Shown here: piece by piece, positions 1-13,675 of the stretch
Position numbering within the stretch: the stretch's first letter is position 1
How the letters are laid out: every line of letters begins with the position of its first letter
Assembly (NCBI GenBank): GCA_964016885.1
Contig: OZ024740.1
Coordinates: 404,240,001-404,304,000 of the forward strand
Direction: 5' to 3'
From: Eledone cirrhosa
Taxonomy: Eukaryota
DNA: 64,000 bases
Made by a program: the position numbers and the translations under genes
Notes under the pieces: generated by a model
What the model saw: the letters and a program-made list of their open reading frames with translations, nothing else
Database searches by the model: none
Told to the model about the DNA's origin: nothing

Positions 1-15
1 CTGATTTTGTCAAGG

Positions 16-501
16 CTGTATGACTGTCCAAGTAAATATGGTGGTATTTATATCTTTTCTTGTGGTAGGAGAGTGTGAGGATTGGGATGCGTGGAGGTCA
101 TTGGTTTAAAGAAAAGGGAATTCTTTAAAAGCTAATTCTTTCAAGCTATATATAAACCCATCAACCAATGACCTCGACCCATCTTGTAGACACCTGAAAT
201 ATAGGCATTGTTAGCTTAAGAGAAACTTAAAAATAAGGAGTGGCTCCCCAATCTGAACTTGTTTATAGAATTCTTTCTGCCTTTGTCACTCTAAATATAA
301 ATTATACCTTTAAAGAATTAGCTTTTAAAGAATTCCCTTTTCTTTAAACCCATCAACTAATGACCTCCACCCATCCCAATCCCCACCCTCTCCTACCACC
401 AGAAAAGATATAAATACCACCATATTTACTTGGAGAGTCAGCTTCCTGATGATTTCTCACGAATGAAACAGTTCTAGTCCTGTAGAAGCTTTTCTATATT
501 A

Positions 502-506
<5 letters not shown>
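16..506 (+). mobile_element. Short PLE-type fold-back insertion (inverted terminal-repeat fragments) ending in (TA)n
   Basis: ~16-135 is the reverse complement of ~305-440; HHR near the 3' end; followed by a (TA)n tract. Confidence 0.65.
440..490 (+). ncRNA. Type I hammerhead ribozyme
   Basis: agcttc-CTGATGA-tttctcacgaat-GAAAC-ag(ttctagtc)ct-GTA-gaagct; stem I agcttc/gaagct, stem III cag/ctg. Confidence 0.8.
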
Positions 507-580
<74 letters not shown>

Positions 581-885
581 TGCTTTTAGATGGTCTTATT
601 CTACATTTTATATATAGGATTGAAGGAGCCAGAAAAAAATGTGTGGTACCGTAAGATGATGTGCAGACTTCCTGCTTCCCGCTCTCTCTTTCAACATACT
701 CTACTTGTTGAGGAATAAGGGCGGTGAGAGTAGAACAAGGCAGGTGCCTGGAAGGGAAATAACATGTTTATATTAGTCAAAAGGAAATTACATTTGCTCT
801 AGATTTCCTATTGACAAGAACAAATTATCGTCTTTGACGAGTTTTTTGATTCCGTGGCATGAACTACAAGAACGACACTTTCACT

Positions 886-1035
886 AATAATTGTTTCTAC
901 GTTTGGCACAAGGCCAGCAATTATCCCAGTGTATTACTGGTACTTTAATTTATCGACCCCGTAAGGATAAAAGGCAAAGTTCACCTCAGCGGAATATGAA
1001 CTCAGAATGGCAAGGGCCATAACTCTATGCGCCAA
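886..1035 (-). mobile_element. tRNA-derived SINE (octopus-type), 5'-degraded
   Basis: Reverse complement of the family motif ctgagttca...ctttgccttt.atccttacggggtcgataaa...gctggccttgtgcc found in many copies in this window. Confidence 0.8.
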
Positions 1036-1134
1036 TTCACAAGAACATTTAAAGGCAGATAGGTGGGACTGCTAACACAATCTAAACAACGATATATGCA
1101 ATAATTTTTCCTTATGTGTATAGGGAAAAGTAGA

Positions 1135-1238
<104 letters not shown>

Positions 1239-1339
1239 AAATGTGTGAAATCCTTGGTGTAGTTAGGTATATTTGAAAAAAAGGAAAAAGAATGACTTCA
1301 CTTGTAGTTCTAAACAATTTTATTTAATTTTATAATATA

Positions 1340-1375
1340 ACTAGCAGTGTATCCCGGCGTTGCACGGGTAAGAAC
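1340..1375 (-). mobile_element. Helitron-like 3' terminus
   Basis: Reverse complement reads cttacccgtgcaacgccgggatacactgCTAG|t (GC hairpin then CTAG); near-identical to 40638-40670. Confidence 0.6.
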
Positions 1376-1415
1376 ATTGGTAATAGCACCTCCAATGAGA
1401 AACGGTTATTTGTTA

Positions 1416-1595
1416 GTGGATTGGCAGTATCGGTAGAGGGTCGGACGCCATGCTTTCCAGTATAGTTACGTCCCTTTACGATCTGAGTTCAAATCCCGCC
1501 GAGGTTGACTTTGCCTTTCATCCTTACGGGGTCGATAAAGTACCAGTAATGCACTGGGTAATTGCTGGCCTTGTGCCTAAAGTAGAAACAGTTAT
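1416..1595 (+). mobile_element. tRNA-derived SINE
   Basis: tggcagtatcggtag (A-box-like) ... gagttcaaatcc (B-box) ... family body. Confidence 0.85.
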
Positions 1596-1609
1596 TTGTT
1601 AGTGCCTGT

Positions 1610-1862
1610 TAAAAACTCACGAACTGGACATGCTCACCGACATCCAGAGTCGACATTGCACTCAGTGCTCCTGTGGGAGCCCCTGCATGGACACACTGGA
1701 AGAGGAAGAACGAAGTTAACATATGTTGATGCCCTATGGACAGACACTGGTCTGTTGGAGACGCAGAACGTGGCAGCGATAATGAGGGACAGGCACCGCT
1801 GGAGAGAACTCGTCCATGGATCTCGGGAGTTTTACCCGCCCTAGATAGATAGATAGATAGAT
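1610..1862 (+). mobile_element. RTE-like LINE 3' end with (TAGA)n tail
   Basis: GHAHRHPE...VLLWEPLHGHTGRGRTKLTYVDAL...MRDRHRWR is typical of the RTE C-terminus; second copy at 38420-38592. Confidence 0.75.
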
Positions 1863-1994
1863 TTTTATGTGTATATTTATATATATGTATATGTGTATAT
1901 GCGTATATGTGTTTGTATATCTATACATATATATATAAAAGTGAAATTGTGTGTGTGTGTGGGGGGGGGGGGGTGCGCGTGTCTTCAGTTTTGC

Positions 1995-2425
1995 ACCATC
2001 AAGAAAGCACCTGAGATGTCGCAGCCTCAGCGCGTGTTTGCGCATCATCAGCCACGGCACGCCCAGCCCTCCACGCAACGCCCAGCCCTCCGCGCAACGG
2101 GTGTTGACAGCAGAAGGATCGTCTGACCATGGTAGCACGTCCCTTCCATAAAAAGCGGAAAAGGAGGCGCTCCATTTTTGTCAGAGTTGGGCCGGGGCAA
2201 GGCACAACGGTTAGGCGGTAGCAGATGACGGATGCGATGAACGCATTTGCCACCTTTGCCCGATCTTTCAGGGACAGCTTCCTCTCAGCCCATTTCTGGA
2301 TGAGAGAGGCCACCCTGTTCGTCACCGCGCTCCAGTTTTTCTCCATCTGGAGGTCCGGACCGAACCAGACCTCGAGCAATTTAACCGGTCCTTCCGTCCA
2401 GCGCCCCACGACGCTGTCGGGTGGC
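1995..2425 (-). mobile_element. Tx1/L1-like LINE ORF2 fragment (post-RT region)
   Basis: KLLEVWFG...NWSAVTNRV...KWAERKLSLKDRAKVANAFIASVICYRLTV...LLFRFLWKG...GGLG. Confidence 0.7.
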
Positions 2426-2453
2426 ATATATATAAATGTGTGTGTATGTATAC

Positions 2454-2510
<57 letters not shown>

Positions 2511-2616
2511 TGGGTGTCTGTGATCTATATGCACTGGTCATAGACACACACACACATATACACATACATATATATATACACACACAAATATATATATATA
2601 TATACCAAACACCACC

Positions 2617-2673
<57 letters not shown>

Positions 2674-2780
2674 TCTCTCTTCATTCTCTTTCTCTGTCTC
2701 CTCTCCCACTCTGTATGTGTCTATTTCAATCTAGTCTCTCACAACCACTATCTCTCTCTCCCCCTCTCTCTCTCTCACAC

Positions 2781-2852
<72 letters not shown>

Positions 2853-3034
2853 ATGAAGGTACCCGGAACATCCCATATCTCGGGAACACGTGGTCCTATT
2901 TTCACGAAACTTGTTTTATTTCTTTTCTATTGCCATTTCAGGGTCAACTTCCTTCAAAGTATTTTCCCATTATGTGCCCCTTTGGCTGCATTACATTACA
3001 GACAAGCGAGCAAGCAATCACAGACTTTTAGTAA

Positions 3035-3215
3035 TATAGAGATAGATATACATGTGGTATTTATAACGTATATAGAGATAGATATACATGTGGTATTTAT
3101 AACGTATATAGAGATAGATATACATGTGGTATTTATAACGTATATAGAGATAGATATACATGTGGTATTTATAACGTATATAGAAATAGATATACAAGTG
3201 GTATTTACAGCGTAT
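3035..3215. repeat. 36-bp minisatellite, about 5 copies
   Basis: atagagatagatatacatgtggtatttataacgtat repeated in tandem. Confidence 0.9.
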
Positions 3216-3438
3216 ATATTGATATTTATTCAGCTAAAGCAGTATGTTGGTAATTATACGTTCACACGATCTTGCATACGTCTGAATTACCATGTAGACG
3301 TGATACATAAACAGCATCAGGTTCAGCTGAATATGTATTTATACATTTATGTATATTTGTGTCTGTCTGTCTGTATATATGTATGCATGTAATGTATGCA
3401 TGTATGTAAGTATGTATATATACATACATACATATTTA

Positions 3439-3531
<93 letters not shown>

Positions 3532-3588
3532 AGTATATGTCCCTACACGCACTTTATTTTGAAACTTTTTCTTATTTGCTAAACCTTG

Positions 3589-3627
<39 letters not shown>

Positions 3628-3633
<6 letters not shown>

Positions 3634-4016
3634 CATTATAAAGAAAGAAGAAACATTAGATGTAATTAATAAGATATACCATACCCAAATTCCCTAATTA
3701 CTCCTCGACTACGTAGTTTCGCGGCATATTATGTAAGAGAATTAGCTTTGTTTCTTGACCGCTGTATCACGTGATTGACTCCCCCTCCGCCTTTCGGGAT
3801 TCTATCTCGCGCCCTATGGATGTGTTTTGAAACTCTAAATGAGGTATACTCTTGATAAGTCGGCAAACCTCACAAAAATACTGTATCTCTGTGATGTAGT
3901 GTTTTTGCATAATATGCCACGAAACTACGTAGTCGAGGGGTAGTGAAGGAATTTGGGTATGGTATATCTTATTAATTATATCTAATGTTTCTTCTTTCTT
4001 TACAATGTATTATATA
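3628..4016 (+). mobile_element. PLE-type fold-back mini-element with HHR
   Basis: 3628-3733 is inverted relative to 3908-4016; preceded by (TA)n. Confidence 0.65.
3849..3937 (+). ncRNA. Hammerhead ribozyme, U3-A8 core variant, extended stem II
   Basis: ctc-TTGATAA-gtcggc...caaaaatact/agtgtttttg...gccac-GAAAC-tacgta-GTC-gag. Confidence 0.6.
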
Positions 4017-4172
4017 GCTCTGATACTGAATCAATCTAATCCATTCGGATTATTTTGTCCCAGTTATTCATAGAGCAACAACGGTTGAGGTTGGCACCAC
4101 AAATCCAGGGATATATGTAGATATATTCATGTATATGTATGTGTTCGCATGTATCTGTGTATTTCTTTATAT

Positions 4173-4222
<50 letters not shown>

Positions 4223-4265
4223 TAAGTTAAACATGTTAAATTTGGCTTCGTTTATTATAAATTCT

Positions 4266-4318
4266 CTGCTATATATATTTCAGTGACAGCTATTATTGGC
4301 TGAGACCTCATCAGGCAG
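4266..4318 (-). ncRNA. Hammerhead ribozyme (family C terminal-repeat fragment ~4221-4400)
   Basis: Reverse complement: ctgc-CTGATGA-ggtctcagcc...agctgtcact-GAAA-tatata-TA-gcag; homologous to 11516-11570. Confidence 0.7.
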
Positions 4319-4764
4319 TACGAATTAATGTAGAAAGAACAGATAAACATGGTGTTGAAATGTGTTCTACTCTGTCAATTCATCGATATATCCAGCTCCT
4401 GGGTGTGTTGTTAGTCCTACGAGGAACTGGAATTATATGGTTGTATTTTAGTTTTACGACATTTCCCCTCCTCACGAGTGAGCCTGACTATATTAACACC
4501 AGCCTGTATAAAACTAGTTACCTTCAACTATTAATATTTATTTGCCTGTTGGTGGTGCCGTGATGCGTTTATGTAATTTATGTTCCAGAAAAATATATAG
4601 AATATGTTTTATTTTAATATGTTTACCCTGTAATATTTTTCACGCGTCATTTCGTTATTTCATATGTTGTCAACGCTCTGACGTTAAATTCTTCTGTTTC
4701 TTTGAGCTCTTCTATTCCTATTACTATTCATTTCTATTATTAATAAATTGACATCTTCCGACAG

Positions 4765-4935
4765 GTTTGCAGTCGTGCCTAAACAGTGGAGACTTATGGT
4801 GTCCTTGGCCCCAGGGCTACCTCCCTACTTTCCACCATAGGCGCTGGGCTGACCAGCCGCAGGTGTAAGCCTGCATCTGCATCTCCCTTACCATCCTCCG
4901 GGGAAACGCCTTCTCCATTCTGTCCACTGGGGCTA
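4765..4935 (+). mobile_element. CRE-like non-LTR retrotransposon C-terminal endonuclease remnant
   Basis: VETYGVLGPRATSLLSTIG followed, after a frameshift, by SLTILRGNAFSIL (cf. CRE motif ET.G...GP.A...IQRGNA). Confidence 0.55.
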
Positions 4936-5180
4936 TTGGGCGGCCAGCACCGGGATCCCATCTGCTCATAATACAGAAAGATGGGGAGGAAGAGAGAGAT
5001 GGAGGCGATGACAGTGGGAGTTCGGTTCTTCCGTGTGCCAGATTATTATAGAACTTTAAAAATGAAACATATATTTACCATTCACACAATAGTCATTGAC
5101 ACTTGGTCCCATTCTCTCGGCTTTGTTTCTTTTCAGATTCCAAACATTTATTTACAAGTGTCATTATATTTACAATCCTA

Positions 5181-5400
5181 AGGGCGGTGGATTGGCAGTA
5201 TCGGTAGAAATTCGGACGCCATGCTTTTCAGTATAGAGTTACGGCCCTTTATGATCTGAGTTCAAATCTTGCCGAGGTTAACTTTGCCTTTCATCCTTAC
5301 GGGGTCGATAAAATAATGTACTAGTAATACACCGGAGTTGATTTAGTCGATTTAGCCCCAAAAATTGCTGGCCTTGTGCCTAAATAAGAAACCATTATTA
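5181..5400 (+). mobile_element. tRNA-derived SINE, near full length
   Basis: gggcggtggattggcagtatcggtag...gagttcaaatc...gctggccttgtgcctaaa...(tta)n. Confidence 0.85.
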
Positions 5401-5959
5401 CCTCATTAAATATGATATTGTAACCGCATGCGCTACGTTAATTCAAAGTACTTGTACTAATTCATAAATGTCATACTCTAGTCGTTTTTTTTAGATTTAA
5501 TTTCATTCTACTTCTACTTAATCTTTAATTTATTAATAAAAAGAAAATATGCCATTATGTCCTATTTAACTATGTCCTAATAAACTTCTTGTCATGAACA
5601 ATATGTAATTAGGTTCGGGTCTTGAAGAGATGTCCAGTCAATCCAGTATAATATATTTGGCCCTCAAGTACAATTTAACGCAGTAAACCACCCAGCGGGC
5701 AGTTATGTTCATCATAGCTGCAAGTATAGGATTCAAATTCTGATTGTTGTTTTTGTTGTCATCGTCGTTGTTGTTGTCATTATTAGCAAGCTATTGTATG
5801 TTGTGGTGTTTAATGTATGTAGCGAAGTTTTTATATGTAGAGTAGCCAAATTAAATGAGATTCTTGTTGAAGAGCTTGTGATACCTCTGGTCCGCCGAGC
5901 AACTCACTTGATATGTTCTTTTTTCTATCTTTTTTGTCTTTTCTACGTTTCTGTGTATT

Positions 5960-6038
<79 letters not shown>

Positions 6039-6414
6039 CAAATATAGAAATAGGTGTTTTTTATACACAATATTTATGTGTATAATTGTATATGAGTACA
6101 TATATAAACCCAATTACACAAAATATCGATAGTATTGTCTGGCAAATACACAGGCCAACAGAAATGCTAAATATAGCTCATTGTTGGGTCCTTAAGCTAA
6201 CTTAACAATTTTTAGGAGCAGAAAATACAATATTACAAAAGTAAATATTGAGGAGACGAAATGTAACCAAGACCATGCGTATATGTACATATATATATAT
6301 ATGTTGAAACCTCGGAAAACTATACATATATATGTATATATATATATATATATGAAAGACGTAAAACAAGAAAATTTTAAAAAATTAAAAATTAACTTAC
6401 TTACTAAATTTTTC

Positions 6415-6496
6415 ACTCCAACTAATTAGTTTCTGTAATGGGATAAAGATAGTTACGTAATGTAACCATCGAGAATTCATTACGTCATCAGGGAGT
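6415..6496 (-). ncRNA. Hammerhead ribozyme (inverted copy of 7054-7135)
   Basis: Reverse complement of 7054-7135. Confidence 0.75.
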
Positions 6497-7053
6497 CTAT
6501 TCTCAGCTAAGTCTCCAGGCAATGCGCGGACACTAGGGACTCATATAAAAATAATAATTCGGTGGATGGAACAGCTAGCGGGGACTGAATTCCATGCACT
6601 GAAAAAGTTCAGTCTTTAATTTTTAATTTTTTTTAAATTTTCTTGTTTTACGTCTTTCATATAATTGTTCTGCATCCTCCTGCATTGAACCACCTAGGTA
6701 CTATGACATAACTTATGTATTTGCTAGCATTAGTGTACATCTGTACACATGTGTTGGTAGATATACTAATTCTCTATATTTATCTCCAAATTATTTATTT
6801 GTTGAGCAAACCTGCCAAATCCACTACTAATTCATTGGTGTGGTAGTAGGCTTTTGTCATTTTACCACCCCACTCCTTCCGACTATCCTCAGTGTCACGT
6901 GATTGATTCTTTAGAATCTGTCATTTGACCAGAGACAGTGAACTTTTTCAGTGCATGGAATTCAGTCCCCGCTAGCTGTTCCATCCACCGAATTATTATT
7001 TTTATATGAGTCCCTAGTGTCCGCGCATTGCCTGGAGACTTAGCTGAGAATAG

Positions 7054-7135
7054 ACTCCCTGATGACGTAATGAATTCTCGATGGTTACATTACGTAACTA
7101 TCTTTATCCCATTACAGAAACTAATTAGTTGGAGT
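7054..7135 (+). ncRNA. Hammerhead ribozyme with extended stem II
   Basis: actcc-CTGATGA-cgtaatg...cattaca-GAAAC-taatta-GTT-ggagt. Confidence 0.75.
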
Positions 7136-7308
7136 GAAAATTTTAGTAAGTAAGTTAATTTTTAATTTTTTTAAATGTTCTTGTTTTACGTCTTTCATAT
7201 AATTGTTCTGCATCCTCCTGCATTGAACCACCTAGGTACTATGACATAACTTATGTATTTGCTAGCATTAGTGTACATCTGTACGCATATGTTGGTAGAT
7301 ATACTAAT

Positions 7309-8832
<1,524 letters not shown>

Positions 8833-8835
<3 letters not shown>

Positions 8836-9525
8836 CGTTTCTGAATTTAGATTCTTTATCTGAAAACGTGTGTTGAAACCGATATTGTTATACTTTGGGA
8901 GGGTCATGTTGCCAATAAGAAACACACGCACCAGTTGCTTTCACTCCAATTTATTATAAACTAAATTATAAATTTGAAAAATTTATAAATTTCCGGTTGG
9001 TTGGTTCCACAACCGGATGGTTATTCATATATTGTTAAAGTTCTTTCGTCACACATTCTGTGACCTCATCAGTGACCGGGGATTCTTTTCTTTGTTTTGT
9101 GCCTCTCCTTTGTTCTGTCCTACGCCATATTGTTTTTGTGTGTGTTGCGTGCTTAGTTTGCGCATGTGTTACATCCGGGTGTCTGTGTGTGTTTTTATTT
9201 AAATAAACAAATAAAAACACACACAGACACCCGGATGTAACACATGCGCAAACTAAGCACGCAACACACACAAAAACAATATGGCGTATGACAGAACAAA
9301 GGAGAGGCACAAAACAAAGAAAAGAATCCCCGATCACTGATGAGGTCACAGAATGTGTGACGAAAGAACTTTGACAATATATGAACAACCATCCGGTTGT
9401 AGAACCAACCAACCGGAAATTTATAAATTTTTTAAATTTATAATTTAATTTATGATAAATTGGAGTGAAAGCAACTGGTGCGTGTGTTTCTTATTGGCAA
9501 CATGACCCTCCCAAAGTATAACAAT
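8833..9525. mobile_element. Family-B PLE terminal repeats forming a near-perfect fold-back
   Basis: 8882-9199 is inverted versus 9210-9526; minimal HHR-like motifs at 9035-9075(-) and 9334-9374(+); same repeat follows the GIY-YIG fragment at 48730-49118. Confidence 0.8.
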
Positions 9526-9600
9526 ATATATATATATATATATATAGTGAAAGATTGAAGAATAACATGGTCGGCTGTAAAAAAAAAGGGTTTTATTTCA

Positions 9601-9713
9601 AGTATTAACAATTGTTTCATTGATCAGGTGAGTCTAAAGGCCGTTAATCACTCGTAGTTGCGTCACTTGACCCTAAATACAGTGTCTACCTCTGATCAAA
9701 TCATCGGAATACT
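9601..9713 (-). ncRNA. Hammerhead ribozyme with very long stem II (core CCGATGA, one substitution)
   Basis: Reverse complement: agtatt-CCGATGA-tttgatcag...ctgatcaat-GAAAC-aatt-GTT-aatact. Confidence 0.6.
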
Positions 9714-10157
9714 GGAGGCTTTACATGTGGCATTGGTATATATAGATACAACGGAGAATCAAAACAATAACATCAATAATAAATGATAATGATAAAGAGG
9801 TAAAGTAGTTACAGATGTAAAAATTAAGTTAAAACATAATAATAATAAGTACAGAATACGATTGCTGATAATAGTGGTGGTAGTGAATAAGTGTATGTAT
9901 AAAGATGTGGTGAGCGTGGAGATAACACTAACACGAAAAGCAACATTAGATACATACATACGTGGTGGTCAAATCTCAGAGGGTTAGAAGTAGAGAATAA
10001 AAAATAGTAACAAATGAGAGATAAAAGATAAAAAATAATAAATTAAAAATTAAGTGAGAGGGGAAGAGATTTGAGGATGAGACATAAGGGGTAGGGCTAA
10101 GGACGTGGAAGGAGTAGATAGGTAGATAGAGAATAAAAATTGAGAGGAAGAGTCTTG

Positions 10158-10257
<100 letters not shown>

Positions 10258-10915
10258 TAAATGACTAGCATGCTGATTGTCTTATCTTAATGGGGTTGAT
10301 GTGGCTTTAGGGAGAGAGAATGAAAGAAAGGTTAGGAGATTTATGATGTTGATCTAGTGACCAGTCGATTAGTTGACAGCTAATAACAGTGGCGTAGTAT
10401 GTCGTTAGTACATTAAAATCCGGGTGATTCAGCTCGAATTTTGAGATTGCTGGATCGAATCATATTGGTTTGAAATTTGCGAACTTGGTAGCTGCTTTGT
10501 GCCTACAGAAAATTGATCGTTTTATTTTGCTGTTAAGCAGCATCTCATCATACTTTAAAATATGGAACAGCTCCATATTGCAAAGTCCACAGTGGGACAT
10601 TCCATTGTTGTAGGCCCTTGCTCCTGATAATTTTGATACAAGAAAACTACAGAATTTACACTCACTAGCATTAATAAGGAAGGACTTAGCATAGTAAAAA
10701 AACTGAAAATATCTGATAGAACCGAGCCTCTAACTCCTTGTAACCCCACATTTAACCTAAAGATCATAACAATAATTTCGAAACTGACCCCACAATTATA
10801 TTATTATAATCGAAGTCGGATATAGGTATAATTAGTAAGTATATACTAGATAGAGTAATAGCACAAATCAAGGACAAACTAGTAATTAAGCTATGGGGTA
10901 ACACTAACGAAGCAA

Positions 10916-11030
10916 TAATTCTGACCTCAGGTACCAGTCCGCTGACCATCAGGGCGTTAGCTGTCCCAAGTCTGACTTGGGACAGCTAACGCCCTGATGG
11001 TCAGCGGACTGGTACCTGTGGTCAGAATTA
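10916..11030. repeat. Near-perfect palindrome, 57-bp arms, 1-nt loop
   Basis: taattctgacc...cccaagtc t gacttggg...ggtcagaatta, one mismatch. Confidence 0.9.
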
Positions 11031-11278
11031 TGATGACGTCGACAACCAGCGGCCAATCACAGGATGCGCAAAGAGGATGAAGTTTTTGACGGTACTGGCC
11101 CAGAGGGTCAGATACCCCAGTGAGAGAATATGCTCCGAAATCATTAGACGTGTCCGTCGAACCTGCGGGTCCAGAATCAGACAGATCCACACAATGATCG
11201 TGTCTCGAGCTGTCCGCCGGTGAAACAATTGTAACACAATAAATTGAGTTCAGATGCATCACTGATTTTTCGTTTTCT

Positions 11279-11363
<85 letters not shown>

Positions 11364-11515
11364 GTTGAGTATATGTTGGTTGTATACCAACACCTCAGTA
11401 TGCAGATTGGAGCACTCGACGAAGTGCGCAGGTTGGTTTGGTTACTCCGGAGTAACGTAAAATAAAATAAAATAAAATAAATAAGTCAAATTTTTAAAAT
11501 TTGGCTTCGTTTATT

Positions 11516-11570
11516 ACTGCTATATATATTTCGGTGACAGCCATCTTTGGCTGTGACATCTTCAGGCAGT
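11516..11570 (-). ncRNA. Hammerhead ribozyme (family C)
   Basis: Reverse complement: actgc-CTGAAGA-tgtcacagcc aaaga tggctgtcacc-GAAA-tatata-TA-gcagt. Confidence 0.75.
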
Positions 11571-12907
11571 CCGAATTAGTGTGGTAGAGACGAGTACACA
11601 TGTTGTTGAGGTGTTTAACTTTGTCAGTACTCTGATATGCCCAGTTCCTGGTTGGGTTGTTGTTTCATTGAGGAACTGGAATCATATGAATTTAAACAAG
11701 CGAATTTCAGCGTCAAAGGACATCTTCTCCTCTCATTGGTCAGTTGTGAGAACATTCCTCAGTCAAAAGTCTATAAAAATTCATTCTGAGGTAAGGCAAT
11801 CTGTAGTGGTTGTTCTTGTTATTGTTAAATACATCTGACCTCTACTCTTATGTTGGTAGTGGTGTTGGTGTTAGAGTCAGCTCAAAAAAAGATAAAGTGG
11901 TAGAAGGAATAAGGTGGTAAAGGAACAAAAAACAAAAAAAAATAGTCAAATAAAATGTGTGTGTGTTATACCCAATCTCAATGTTATGAAAATTTGTAAG
12001 TTCACTCCTCCCATTGGTCAGTTTTGAGAGCATTCCTCAGTCAAAAGTCTATAGAAATTCTTTCTGAGGTGAGATTCCCTGTAGTGTTTGTTTTTGCTAT
12101 TGTTAAGTACATCTGACCTCTACCCTTAATTTGGTAGTGTTGTTGGTGTTGTGGTCAGCCTATGTCTTGCTGCTGCTGACATTTATAAGTATCTGTGCGT
12201 GTTTCTTCACCCATCCTGCCACCATCTCTCGTGGTGGTGGGGGGAGGGTCTGCCATGTATATGAAGAAATATAAGGCAATAAAATAAAGAAAACAGAAAA
12301 TAAATAATAAATAGAGAATAAAAAATAAATGAAAAAGTAATTAATGAAAAACGAAAAATGAAAAATGAAAAATGAAAAATGAAAAATGGAAATTGAAAAA
12401 TGAAAAATGAAAAATGAAAAATGAAAAATGAAAAATGAAAAATGAAAAATGAAAAATGAAAAATGAAAAATGAAAAATGAAAAATGAAAAATGAAAAATG
12501 AAAAATGAAAATGAAAAGTGGAAAATAGAAGTGAATATTCAAATAAAATAAAATGTGTGTGTGCTATAACCAATCTCAAGGTCAGAAAGATGTTGGATAA
12601 AGTGGTAGGAGGAACAAGATGGTAACAGAATAAAACGAAATAAGATAGTCAAATAAAAAGTGTGTGTGTGTTATAACCATTCTCAACTTAAATGTAAGGC
12701 AATAAAGTGAAGAAAACAAAACAAATGAAAAATCAATGAAAAATCAAAAATCAATGAAAAATCAAGTAAAATAAAATGTGTGTGTGTTATAAAGATGTTG
12801 TCCAAATTAGAAAGGCTGTGTCAGAATCAATCTCTAGGCTATCACGGTGTCTGCTCAGCCTGGGTGGGTCCCTATAGCTTGAGGGGAGTTCACATATCAG
12901 TGTGTTG

Positions 12908-13675
12908 CTACTGTCCATATAGCTTGAGGAAGGTCTTGACCCTGAGGTGTCTGCATGTCCCGAAGAAGTCGGTTCTGAGGTTTATCAGGCGGCTTCCACC
13001 TCTTAGTATATCGAGGGTCTCGTTCAGACATAGTTTGCATATGCCAGATCCCCCTTTATCGGGTGGTACCTTTCTGATTAGGGACCAGGCCAGAGAGTAC
13101 GGGGTCCTGTCCAGCTTCAGCTTCCAGATCAGGTCGGAAAGAGCCGTAGTTTTCCTTTTGGCCTCCTTATTGAAGGAATGGCGATGGTTATACCAACGAT
13201 CTTTATAGCTCGTTGATGTGGCTCCTATGTAGAGGTGTTCGGAGTTGGGGGTTTTAACCCTACATCCGTATATTAGGTTCCTCTTAAGGCATTCATTACT
13301 AAGGGGACATGTTTCGGGGTTTCTGCAGTTGCAGAGGGTGGTCGACCTATGCGTGCCTAGTGTGGGGTTCCCGTTACGTGTTACATGGTGGTCTTCCCCC
13401 GGGCATGGTGGGGGGTCCCCGGGTCTGTTTGAGTTTCTTGGGTGGGCACTGGGTCCCCCCTTCCTTCCTTCCACATGGTTCTGCTGGGTGCTTATATTGC
13501 CATCTTCTGGTTGTGTGTGTTTTTTAAGCCTACTCCTGTTGATGCTAGCTATGTGTTGTGCCAGATTTCTCGTGGTGGAATACGAGAGCTTCACAGTATG
13601 TCTGTTGAAGATCTTGTGGTATCTATGGTCCCTCGGGAAGCAATTATCAAGTGCTCCAAAGAATGATCGGGCCAA
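12908..13675 (-). CDS. PLE C-terminal fragment, GIY-YIG endonuclease (Nematis-like, tentative)
   Basis: HKIFNRHTVKLSYS...CNCRNPETCPLSNECL...LIYGCRV...YIGATSTSYKDRWYNH...CKLCLNE...CRH. Confidence 0.85.
   Translation of the reverse strand: MARSFFGALDNCFPRDHRYHKIFNRHTVKLSYSTTRNLAQHIASINRSRLKKHTQPEDGNISTQQNHVEGRKGGPSAHPRNSNRPGDPPPCPGEDHHVTRNGNPTLGTHRSTTLCNCRNPETCPLSNECLKRNLIYGCRVKTPNSEHLYIGATSTSYKDRWYNHRHSFNKEAKRKTTALSDLIWKLKLDRTPYSLAWSLIRKVPPDKGGSGICKLCLNETLDILRGGSRLINLRTDFFGTCRHLRVKTFLKLYGQ

Larger units (their letters stand above)
6352..7310. mobile_element. PLE-type fold-back element with two inverted HHR-bearing repeats
   Basis: 6352-6612 is the reverse complement of 6937-7197; 6617-6775 is a direct copy of the tail 7157-7312; flanked by microsatellites. 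Confidence 0.75.

Noticed and set aside
3035-3215. 36-bp repeats resembling CRISPR repeat length
   Set aside because: Head-to-tail with no spacers; a minisatellite.
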